Assembly: GCA_024404505.1 (NCBI GenBank)
Contig: JAKSPU010000004.1
Coordinates: 1-59,206, forward strand
Length of the DNA stretch: 59,206 bases
Direction of reading: 5' to 3'
Source: Clostridia bacterium
Lineage (GTDB): Bacteria; Bacillota; Clostridia; Oscillospirales; CAG-272
Shown piece by piece: positions 37,888 through 46,453 of the stretch (positions are counted from its first letter, which is position 1; the number at the start of each line of letters is the position of its first letter). The notes below the pieces were generated by a model. The model had not been told where the DNA came from, did not search any database, and saw nothing but the letters and a program-made list of their open reading frames with translations. The position numbers and the translations under genes are program-made.

Positions 37888-38703
37888 ATGGACCACAAAG
37901 TACGACTCGGGCTGTACGAAAAAGCGATGCCCGGGGATATATCCATCCGCGACAAGCTGCTGCTCACCCGCCGCTGCGGCTTCGACTGGATGGAGATCAG
38001 CATCGACGAAACGCCGGAAAAGATGGGACGCGTGTTCGCCCCCGCAACGGCAGCAGCCATTGCCCGCGACGTGCGGGAAACGGGAGTGCCGATCGACACG
38101 ATGTGCCTCTCCGGCCACCGTAGATTCCCGCTCGGCGAGGAGGATCCCATGAATCTGGAGCTTATGTACCGTGCCGTCGATTTCGCCCGCACGGTCGGCA
38201 TCCGAATCATCCAGCTGGCGGGATACGATACCTATTACCATCCCTCCACGGAGGAAACAGCGTCCCGCTTCGGCGAAAACCTCCGGCGCGCGGTCGCATA
38301 CGCCGCCGCGAAAGGCGTCTGCCTCGGCTTTGAGACCATGGAAACGCCGTTTATGAACACCACGGAAAAGGCGATGCGGTACGTCACGGCGGTCGACTCC
38401 CCTTGGCTCGGCGTGTACCCGGACATCGGCAACGTCACGAACGCCGTCCCGGATGCCTGCGCCGACCTCGAAACGGGACGCGGTCACATCTTCGCCGCAC
38501 ATCTCAAGGAAACGAAGCCCGGCATCTTCCGTGACCTTGAATTCGGTCAGGGGCGCGTGGACTTCGACGCCTGCATCCGCACGCTGCTGTCCATTGGCGT
38601 CACGATGTTCAACTGCGAATTCTGGTACGACGGACACACCGATCCCGAAACATACATAAGGAGGAACGCAGACTATGTCAAAGCGGTATTTGCTCGGACT
38701 TGA
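37888..38703 (+). CDS. ulaE: L-ribulose-5-phosphate 3-epimerase (UlaE/SgbU)
   Basis: LGLYEKAMP, GFDWMEISIDET, MCLSGHRRFPLG, IQLAGYD, YPDIGN, HLKET. Confidence 0.9.
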   Translation: MDHKVRLGLYEKAMPGDISIRDKLLLTRRCGFDWMEISIDETPEKMGRVFAPATAAAIARDVRETGVPIDTMCLSGHRRFPLGEEDPMNLELMYRAVDFARTVGIRIIQLAGYDTYYHPSTEETASRFGENLRRAVAYAAAKGVCLGFETMETPFMNTTEKAMRYVTAVDSPWLGVYPDIGNVTNAVPDACADLETGRGHIFAAHLKETKPGIFRDLEFGQGRVDFDACIRTLLSIGVTMFNCEFWYDGHTDPETYIRRNADYVKAVFART

Positions 38704-40147
38704 TAACGGCGGCTCTCTCATCAAAGCCGCGCTCTTCGACAGGGACGGTCGTCAGATCGCCTGCGAGAGCATCCCCACCCCGCAGGATTGCCCGCGTCCG
38801 GGCTTCTGCGAACGCACGCCGGAGGTGATCCGGGAGGCCAACTTCACGCTGATCCGCCGGATGACGGACAAGTACGGCGCCGATATCGCCGGAGTCGGCA
38901 TCTGCGGTCACGGCAAGGGCTTGTACCTTCTGGACAAGTCCGGCACGCCGATGGCACCCGGCATCGCGTCCACGGACAACAGGGCTCTTTCGGTCGTCGA
39001 GGGTTGGGAAGCCGACGGTACGACCTCACGCGCCTATGAGCTGACCGTGCAGAAGGTCATGGCCTGCCAGCCGGTCAGCCTGCTCCGATGGATGAAGAAG
39101 AACGACCGCACGACCTACGACCGTATCGGTACGATCCTGTCCGTCAAGGACCTCGTGCGTTTCTTCCTGACGGGGGAGGCGTTTGCCGAATACACAGACG
39201 TGTCCGGCACCAATCTCGTCAACCTGTGGACAGGTGCCTACGACGACCGCCTGACCGACCTTTTCGGGATACCGGAAATGTCCGGATGCCTGCCGCCGAT
39301 CCGCTCCTCGGACGAGGTCTGCGGATACGTGACAGAGGAGGCAGCGGCCGCGACCGGTCTGCCCGCCGGAACGCCCGTGGCGGGCGGTATGTTCGACATC
39401 GATGCTTGCGCGCTTTCGCTCGGCTGCACCAAGGCCGGCGATATGTGCGTGATCGCCGGTACGTGGTCTATCAACGAAATGATCACGGACGCGCCGGTCT
39501 CGGACGGCTCGGTCGCCATGAATTCCATTTTCTGCGATCCCGCGTTCCGGCTCGCGGAGGAATCCAGCGCCACGTCCGCCGGCAATCTGGAATGGTTCCG
39601 CGCACAGTGGAACGTGCGTGATTACGGTGAGTTGGAAAAGCTCGTATCGTCCGTGCCGACAGAAAAATGCAACGCATACTGGTTCCCGTTCCTGTACGCC
39701 TCCAATCTGAATCCGCGCGCTCGCGGCTCGATGGTCGGACTCTCCGGGGACATGACGCTCGCCCACACCGCGCGGGCCGTCTATGAGGGCGTCGTCTTCT
39801 CACACATGACGCACTGCGGGGCGATCTTCTCGTCGCTCGGACGTCCGGCGGAGATCCGACTCGCGGGCGGTGTGGTCCATTCGCCGACGTGGACGCAGAT
39901 GTTCGCCGACGCGCTCGGCACACCCGTCCGCGTCATGCCTGACACCGAGCTCGGCGCGAAGGGCGCGGCCATGGCCGCGGGCGTCGCGTGCGGCTGGTTT
40001 GCCGACTACAAGGAGGCCGTCACCTCCTGCGTGCCGGAGGGCAGCCTCCTGTTCCCGGATGACGCCATGACGAAGGTGTACGCGTCCAAATACGAAAAGT
40101 ACAAGAAGATCGCCGACGCGCTCGACAGCGTGTGGGCTGACGTATAA
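38675..40147 (+). CDS. lyxK: FGGY carbohydrate kinase, L-xylulose/3-keto-L-gulonate kinase-like
   Basis: [44 protein letters not shown]. Confidence 0.8.
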   Translation: MSKRYLLGLDNGGSLIKAALFDRDGRQIACESIPTPQDCPRPGFCERTPEVIREANFTLIRRMTDKYGADIAGVGICGHGKGLYLLDKSGTPMAPGIASTDNRALSVVEGWEADGTTSRAYELTVQKVMACQPVSLLRWMKKNDRTTYDRIGTILSVKDLVRFFLTGEAFAEYTDVSGTNLVNLWTGAYDDRLTDLFGIPEMSGCLPPIRSSDEVCGYVTEEAAAATGLPAGTPVAGGMFDIDACALSLGCTKAGDMCVIAGTWSINEMITDAPVSDGSVAMNSIFCDPAFRLAEESSATSAGNLEWFRAQWNVRDYGELEKLVSSVPTEKCNAYWFPFLYASNLNPRARGSMVGLSGDMTLAHTARAVYEGVVFSHMTHCGAIFSSLGRPAEIRLAGGVVHSPTWTQMFADALGTPVRVMPDTELGAKGAAMAAGVACGWFADYKEAVTSCVPEGSLLFPDDAMTKVYASKYEKYKKIADALDSVWADV

Positions 40148-40161
40148 GGGAGGACTTATCC

Positions 40162-40857
40162 ATGCTTGAAGAACTGAAACGAAAGGTTTGCACCGCGAAT
40201 CTCGATCTTGTGAAGCACGGCGTCGTGCTGTTCACGTGGGGCAACGTCAGTGCGCGCGATCCGGAGACTGGACTTGTGGTCATCAAGCCGAGCGGCGTAG
40301 CGTACGAGGTCATGCAGCCGGACGATATGGTCGTCGTTGATATGGACGGCAATATCGTCGAAGGCCGTCTGCGCCCCTCGACCGACCTGCCGACCCATCT
40401 TGAGCTGTACAAGGCCGACGCCCGCATCGGCGGTGTCGTCCACACGCACTCGACCTACGCCTCGGCATGGGCGCAGGCAGGCCGTGCGATCCCGTTCTAC
40501 GGCACGACCCACGCCGACTACTTCCACGGGGAGATCCCCTGCACGCGCAGCCTGACCGCCGAAGAGGTAGCCGAAGCCTACGAAAAGAACACCGGAACGG
40601 TCATCCGCGAGACCTTCACGGAGGGCGGATACGATTGGATCGGCACGCCCGGCGTGCTGGTCCGCAATCACGGTGTGTTCTCGTGGGGAAAGGACGCCGC
40701 CGAGGCTGTCTACCACGCGGTCGTGATGGAGGCCGTCGCCAAGATGGCCGTCGAGACCGAACGCATCAATCCCGCGGTCACGCCCGCTCCCGACTACCTG
40801 CTGGAAAAGCATTATCAACGCAAGCACGGCAAGAACGCCTATTACGGGCAGAAATAA
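40162..40857 (+). CDS. araD: L-ribulose-5-phosphate 4-epimerase (AraD/UlaF/SgbE)
   Basis: [40 protein letters not shown]. Confidence 0.93.
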   Translation: MLEELKRKVCTANLDLVKHGVVLFTWGNVSARDPETGLVVIKPSGVAYEVMQPDDMVVVDMDGNIVEGRLRPSTDLPTHLELYKADARIGGVVHTHSTYASAWAQAGRAIPFYGTTHADYFHGEIPCTRSLTAEEVAEAYEKNTGTVIRETFTEGGYDWIGTPGVLVRNHGVFSWGKDAAEAVYHAVVMEAVAKMAVETERINPAVTPAPDYLLEKHYQRKHGKNAYYGQK

Positions 40858-40885
40858 AATAATAATTTGTAAAGGAGATATTACC

Positions 40886-42091
40886 ATGTCCGCCATGACA
40901 AAATCCGAAATGCTCGCCTTCCTCGATAAGAACGAGGGCCTTCTGAATCTGCAGCCCATCTTCATCCCGCGCCGCTTCTGCAAGCCCGGCTACCGTCTGC
41001 GTCTGCATCCCGACGACTACTACGCGTTCGGTATGGAGCGCGGCGCCATCAAGGAGAGATGGTTCTCCTCCGTCATCTGCGCAATGAACGGCGATAAGGC
41101 CAAGCCCGACGAGGGTCTGTCCTACGTCAACGTCGACGGTACCGAGGAGGGCCGCGTCTCCCTCAAGGACTTCGTCGACACGCTCGGCGCCGACCTCATC
41201 GGTCAGGAGCTGATGGACCGCTACGGCACGTGGCCGATGTACTCCAAGTTCTACGACTACTCCGATCCGCTGTTCCATCACCTGCATCTCGGCTTTGAGG
41301 ACGCTGCCCGCGTCGGCAAGCTGGGCAAGCCCGAGGCATACTACTACTCCCCCCAGATGAACAACTACGCCGGCAACTTCCCGCACACCTACTTCGGCTT
41401 CTCGCCCGACGTGACCAAGGAGGAGGTCCGTGAGCGCCTTCTGCACTTCACCGAATCCGATACCCGCATCACCGAGCTGTCCCGCGCCTACCGCATCCAG
41501 CTCGGCACCGGCTGGTACACCGCGCCCGGCGTCATCCACGCGCCCGGCTCCTACCTGACCTACGAGCCGCAGTGGAACAGTGACGTCAACAGCGTGTTCG
41601 AGAACGTCGTGAACGGCGAGATCTTCCCGCAGTCCTTCCTCGACGAGAACCTGCCCGAGAACGAGCAGGGCGACGTCGATAAGGTGATGAACCTGCTCGA
41701 CTGGGACAAGAACGTCGATCCCGACTACCGCGGCCACTACTTCCGCGCCCCCATCACCATCGAGGAGGATGAGAACCACATCCGCAAGCAGGTCGTGTAC
41801 GGCAACCCGTACATCGCCGCCCGTGAGCTGACCGTCCTGCCCGGCAAGACCGTGACCGTCACGGATGAGTCCGCCTACGGCTTCATCATCGTTCAGGGCT
41901 ACGGCAAAATCCAGAACCACAACGTGTCCACCGCGACCATGCTGCGCTTCGGTCAGTTCGCCGAGGACGAGTTCTTCGTGTCCGCCGACCGCGCCGCAAA
42001 GGGCGTGACCATTGTGAACCACAGCAGCTGCGAGCCGCTCGTGCTGCTCCAGCACTATCCGTCCCGCGAGGGGTATACGCCCGCACAGTGA
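40886..42091 (+). CDS. Cupin-fold, type I phosphomannose-isomerase-like putative sugar isomerase
   Basis: SKFYDYSDPLFHHLH, KPEAYY, VIHAPG, YEPQWNSD resemble the PMI metal motif; strong codon bias. Confidence 0.6.
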   Translation: MSAMTKSEMLAFLDKNEGLLNLQPIFIPRRFCKPGYRLRLHPDDYYAFGMERGAIKERWFSSVICAMNGDKAKPDEGLSYVNVDGTEEGRVSLKDFVDTLGADLIGQELMDRYGTWPMYSKFYDYSDPLFHHLHLGFEDAARVGKLGKPEAYYYSPQMNNYAGNFPHTYFGFSPDVTKEEVRERLLHFTESDTRITELSRAYRIQLGTGWYTAPGVIHAPGSYLTYEPQWNSDVNSVFENVVNGEIFPQSFLDENLPENEQGDVDKVMNLLDWDKNVDPDYRGHYFRAPITIEEDENHIRKQVVYGNPYIAARELTVLPGKTVTVTDESAYGFIIVQGYGKIQNHNVSTATMLRFGQFAEDEFFVSADRAAKGVTIVNHSSCEPLVLLQHYPSREGYTPAQ

Positions 42092-42137
42092 GTTCCCTGC
42101 CCGCTTGAAATGATATTCTGAAAGGAGCCGTCTGACT

Positions 42138-44096
42138 ATGAATCGCATCCCGTTCATCCGTTTTCTGATGATTTCAGCCGTGTTTTGTCTGGCCGTCCTC
42201 TGCGCTTGCTCCGGTGACAAGACCGGGCAGGACACGACCGCCGACACGTCCGTGCCGACCGACCCTGCCGTGACGGAGACTCCCGTCACGGCTCCCGCGA
42301 CCGAGCCCGAGACGGAAGTGGAGACCGAGCCCGCCGTCTGGTCGCCCGACGTCATCGCGTGGTACGACGTGGACAACGGCTCCTCCTGCAATACCCGCCC
42401 CGACAACGGCTGGTACTTCCCCTATGCCGAAACGCCCGACGTAACGACAAAAGACGGTATGTTCCGCTCCGCCACGCCGCTGCTCGGCACATACGATCAG
42501 GGTGACATAGCCGTCGCGCGGCAGCACCTCTACTGGCTCGGCGAGGCGGGCTTCACCGCACTCGCCGTGGACGTGACCAACGTCCGCTCGTGGAAGAACA
42601 ATACCGAGAAAGGTATGCAGCTCTACTATGAGGGTGTGTACAAGCACACGGAGACGCTGTTCGCAGCCGCAAAGTCGCTTTGCGACGAGGGCGTGGTGAA
42701 CGTACCGAAGATCTACGTCAGCGTCCGTATGTTCGGAGAGGACTATGCAGCCCTTGCCGACGTGCTGGCCGAGTACCGAGAGCTGTATGAGAAGTATCCC
42801 GCGCAATGCTGGCATCAAAGCGGTAACGATAAGCCCTTCATCGCAGTTTTCGTTGATCACGCGGTGTACAACACGTGGGGCAGTAATCCGAAAACCGACG
42901 TCGTGGACGATTTCTTCGACTTCCGCTGGACGAACGGCTATCTGGCCGGGTATGCCAAGGACGACGGAAAGGGCGGAAAGGCCATCTCCGCAGCCCGTAA
43001 GATGTGGTTGTTCGTCGAAAACTGGAAAGGCACGGAGAACGGCAGTTACGCGCCCATCTACACGGCGGGTGCGGACGGCAGCCCCGAAATGATGGTCGCG
43101 TCGGTCTCCGTCCACGGCGGCTGGAACGACGACGGCTCGAACTGGGACGCCATCAACCACACGGTCGGCGGCAGGACAACGCTCGAGCGTCAGCTTGAGC
43201 CCGTGTTCGCCTATCAGCCGAAGGTCGTCATCATCGACCGATTCAACTACCCGCTCGTCTGGCGCGAGCAGCCACAGGAGGGCCTCGGCCTGTACCACAG
43301 CGGCCACTACGAGCCGTGTCAGGAGCTGGGCTTCGACGTACTGTACGCGGTCACGAGGCAGGTCTTTGCCATGCGCGGACTTACCGGTGAAGGCCCTGCG
43401 GCCGTTACCGACGGAAAATCGTCCGACGGTTACTTCATGCCCGACATGAAGGTGCTGCCTGCCGAATACCGCATCGGCACGACGAAGGATCTCTCCGGCG
43501 CGGAGTGGTGCATGATGTCTTTGGAAAAAGGCATCGACTACCGGCTCTTTACCGGCGTGGACACGCTGTACGTCCAGACCCGCAACGCCTTCGGTGAGAG
43601 CGAGGTCACCCGTATCACGGTCGAAAAGCTGAAAAGCTCCGCCGAGCCGTTCGTGTTCGAGTTCGAGCCTTACGGCAGCGAGTCCAAGTGGAACAAGGCC
43701 GGCAACTCGTGGGCGAGCGCCGATAACTTCACGATGTGGGTGACGGACGAATGGTCCGGCGGCGCGGCTCTGTACTGTTCGATGCACGTGGACGAGAAGC
43801 CCAACCCCGACTCCGCCATCACGACCTCCCTCACCGTCCCGACGCCCGGAAAATACAACGTCCGGGTCGGATTCATCAAGAACGGCACCAGCCCCGTCGT
43901 GCAGCTGTATCTCGACGGTCAGCCGCTCGGAGATGCCTTCGATGCTTTTGCCGGTTCGCCGACCTATGACAGCCTCACGCTCGGCACTATCACGCTGACC
44001 GCGGGCGATCATATCCTCTCCATCCGTTCTGAGGAAACCAACTCCGGACGCTGGGAGATCTGGCTTGACGCCCTTCTCTTTGAGCCTTCCGACTGA
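42138..44096 (+). CDS. Lipoprotein, divergent GH99-like domain with C-terminal CBM-like beta-sandwich
   Basis: Lipobox LCAC; TEP linker; PLLGTYD..D....QH......GF..LAVDVTN; C-terminal PGKYNV..LDGQPLG..LTAGDHILSI. Confidence 0.6.
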   Translation: MNRIPFIRFLMISAVFCLAVLCACSGDKTGQDTTADTSVPTDPAVTETPVTAPATEPETEVETEPAVWSPDVIAWYDVDNGSSCNTRPDNGWYFPYAETPDVTTKDGMFRSATPLLGTYDQGDIAVARQHLYWLGEAGFTALAVDVTNVRSWKNNTEKGMQLYYEGVYKHTETLFAAAKSLCDEGVVNVPKIYVSVRMFGEDYAALADVLAEYRELYEKYPAQCWHQSGNDKPFIAVFVDHAVYNTWGSNPKTDVVDDFFDFRWTNGYLAGYAKDDGKGGKAISAARKMWLFVENWKGTENGSYAPIYTAGADGSPEMMVASVSVHGGWNDDGSNWDAINHTVGGRTTLERQLEPVFAYQPKVVIIDRFNYPLVWREQPQEGLGLYHSGHYEPCQELGFDVLYAVTRQVFAMRGLTGEGPAAVTDGKSSDGYFMPDMKVLPAEYRIGTTKDLSGAEWCMMSLEKGIDYRLFTGVDTLYVQTRNAFGESEVTRITVEKLKSSAEPFVFEFEPYGSESKWNKAGNSWASADNFTMWVTDEWSGGAALYCSMHVDEKPNPDSAITTSLTVPTPGKYNVRVGFIKNGTSPVVQLYLDGQPLGDAFDAFAGSPTYDSLTLGTITLTAGDHILSIRSEETNSGRWEIWLDALLFEPSD

Positions 44097-44131
44097 TTCA
44101 TAAGAAATACAAATATGGAAGGAACAACGCC

Positions 44132-45649
44132 ATGAAAAAAATAATCAAGCCCCTCTCCCTCCTCCTTGCTCTCCTGATGCTTCTCTGCCTGCCCGCCTGC
44201 TCCGATCCCGGCACCGAGTCCGGGGACGGAACGGGCAGCGGGAACGATACCACGCCCGTCACCGAGGCGGAGACCGTTTCCCCGTTCGTGACCGATCTGC
44301 CCGACACCGATCTCGGTGGCGAGGTCATCACCTTCCTCGTGCAGAGAGATCCCTGCTTCGTGCATTTCTACGACGTCAACGTGACCGACTACAACGACGG
44401 CGTCATCAATCAGGCCGTCTACGATCGCAACCGCACCGTTGAGTCCAAGCTGCATATCACCATCAACGACGTTGACGGCGGCGGTGACAATTCCGCGCCC
44501 GACAAGCTGCGCCGCAGCGTCACCTCCGGCGACGGCGACTACGACGCGGCGTGGCTGAAGACGCATTACTTCTTCGCCACCACGCTCGAGGGCTGCAACC
44601 ACAACCTCGGCAACGTACAGAACCTCGATCTCAACAAGCTGTACTGGGATCAGAACGCACAGGATGATTATCTCATGGGCGGCAATCTGTACGGAATGCT
44701 GGGCGACATCTCCACCACAGCCACCATGTTCACCCACCTCTTCGGCATCAACAAGATCGTGGCGAACCAGCACGGCATCGATCTCTCCGACATCTACGAG
44801 ACCGTGCTGAACGGCGATTGGACGCTTGACGTTTTCCGTGAATACTGCGCGCAGTGTGAATGGTCCGACCTCAACGGAGACGGCAAGCGCGACGGACTCG
44901 ATATGTTCGCGTTCGGAACGTCCCCGTCGCTCATCTTCGGCGGCTTCTCCGCATCGGGCGAGAAGTGGATCATCAAGGACGAGGACGGCAATTATATGCT
45001 GTCCGAGCTGACGCAGCGTAAGACCGACGTCCTGCAGGCCATCGTCGACGTATGCAACGACCAGAATACGACGGTCGCGTTCTGGAACATCGGCTCGATC
45101 CCCGGGGTGACCGATACCTACGCATACGTCTACCGTGCTAAATTCGAGAATAACACCATCATGTTCTCCGACCTCGACATGGGCGAGGTGCTGGATACCC
45201 GCTCGACCATGAAGGACGACTTCGGCATCGTCCCGCTGCCGAAGTACGACAAGACGCAGGACTCGTACAGCGTCTACGCATACCAGTTCTTCCCGCTTCT
45301 TTCCATTCCTTCTTCCGTGTCCGAGGATCGCCGCGATATGATCGGATACGCGCTTGACGTGCTCGCGTCCGAGTCCTACAAGACCCTGACGCCCGCGTTC
45401 TACGACATCGCGATGGGCGGCATGGTGCTGCGCGACCCGGAGTCCGTGCAGATCCTTGACATCATCCTCCGCAGCCGCCGCTATGAGCTGCTGACCATTT
45501 ACCAGTGGGCCGGCGACAGCTTCTACAATTCGCTGCAGACTATGCTCATGAGCGGCAAATGCACGATCGCCAACGTCTACAAGAAGGGCGAACGATCGCT
45601 CAATAAGGAGATCGAGAACGTCAGTAAGAAGGCTGCCGCTCTGAAATGA
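44132..45649 (+). CDS. Extracellular solute-binding lipoprotein
   Basis: Lipobox LPAC; NQAVYDRN, YWDQ, GDWTLD, DLNGDGKRD, FGIVPLPKYD. Confidence 0.8.
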   Translation: MKKIIKPLSLLLALLMLLCLPACSDPGTESGDGTGSGNDTTPVTEAETVSPFVTDLPDTDLGGEVITFLVQRDPCFVHFYDVNVTDYNDGVINQAVYDRNRTVESKLHITINDVDGGGDNSAPDKLRRSVTSGDGDYDAAWLKTHYFFATTLEGCNHNLGNVQNLDLNKLYWDQNAQDDYLMGGNLYGMLGDISTTATMFTHLFGINKIVANQHGIDLSDIYETVLNGDWTLDVFREYCAQCEWSDLNGDGKRDGLDMFAFGTSPSLIFGGFSASGEKWIIKDEDGNYMLSELTQRKTDVLQAIVDVCNDQNTTVAFWNIGSIPGVTDTYAYVYRAKFENNTIMFSDLDMGEVLDTRSTMKDDFGIVPLPKYDKTQDSYSVYAYQFFPLLSIPSSVSEDRRDMIGYALDVLASESYKTLTPAFYDIAMGGMVLRDPESVQILDIILRSRRYELLTIYQWAGDSFYNSLQTMLMSGKCTIANVYKKGERSLNKEIENVSKKAAALK

Positions 45650-45662
45650 TCCCACTTTGAGA

Positions 45663-45705
45663 CGGAGGCGTTGAAAAAACGCCTCCGCCCGAAGGCAGAG
45701 GCGTT
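45663..45705. terminator. Terminator hairpin(s) between convergent genes
   Basis: AACGCCTC-CGCC-CGAA-GGCA-GAGGCGTT preceded by an A run (T-tail on minus strand); alternative stem CGGAGGCGTT/AACGCCTCCG. Confidence 0.65.
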
Positions 45706-45727
45706 GATGTGCATAGGTACGTCCGAT

Positions 45728-46309
45728 TCAGGACAACGGCGGCAGCTTGTATCCGCACTCCATGCAGAATTTCTGCGACGCGGTGCGCTTCGTGCCACAT
45801 TCCGGACAGAAGCCCGTCTTTTCCCCCGGCTCTTCCCTTTTCGGGGGAGCGGGCTGCCGCATTGTCCCCGTAAGTCCGAAGAAGCCCGGTGCGTTGTCGG
45901 TCTGCATCTGCATCGGCTCCGAGCTGTACACGATCCCGATCTCCACGTCGTGGGGCGGCATGATGAGCGCGTTGGCAAAGATGGGACGTCCGGCTATGTA
46001 CACGTCTGTCCTGCCGTCCATCATCATGTACCTTTCGAGATCGAGAGGCACGACCTCACCGGGCTTCGCTTTGCTTTTTACCTTGAACGGCATTATCGTC
46101 ACGTCAAACGACGGCGCGTCGTCAGGTGTTTCGGTCGACAGGAGGACAGCCCGACCGTCCGTGTCCCGGTCGAATACGATCGTGCGGCAGGCGGGACAGA
46201 GGTCCGCCTCCGCTTTACGGAACGTCTTACGACAGACGGGGCAAACGACGTCCGTCAGGAAATAGGGGTCTTTCTTCTGTTCACGGTACTCGTCAAGCGT
46301 TGGTGCCAT
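45728..46309 (-). CDS. Hypothetical protein with N- and C-terminal zinc ribbons
   Basis: CPVC..CPAC and CPECG..CMECG; AAGGAG RBS before MAPTL. Confidence 0.7.
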   Translation of the reverse strand: MAPTLDEYREQKKDPYFLTDVVCPVCRKTFRKAEADLCPACRTIVFDRDTDGRAVLLSTETPDDAPSFDVTIMPFKVKSKAKPGEVVPLDLERYMMMDGRTDVYIAGRPIFANALIMPPHDVEIGIVYSSEPMQMQTDNAPGFFGLTGTMRQPAPPKREEPGEKTGFCPECGTKRTASQKFCMECGYKLPPLS

Positions 46310-46378
46310 ATGCGTACGTCTCCTTCCGATCCTTTCGGTCCGATGCCTTTTCCGGCAGCCCCGGAGCTTTCTGTCTGC

Positions 46379-46407
46379 ATTATAGCATACTATCTGATCC
46401 GTGTCAA
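46379..46407 (-). promoter_or_regulatory. Sigma70/SigA promoter for the zinc-ribbon gene
   Basis: Minus TTGACA, 17 bp, TATAAT with TGn extended -10. Confidence 0.75.
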
Positions 46408-46453
46408 TCATATCAAGCGTGTTTTATCTTCTTTCAGAGAGGAGTATTTTACT

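Noticed and set aside
37888-40857. Complete L-ascorbate (ula) operon
   Set aside because: No ulaABC PTS, ulaG or ulaD in the window.
45671-46453. N-terminal extension of the 1013-aa ORF
   Set aside because: Overlaps the minus-strand zinc-ribbon gene; a good RBS and ATG lie at 46454.
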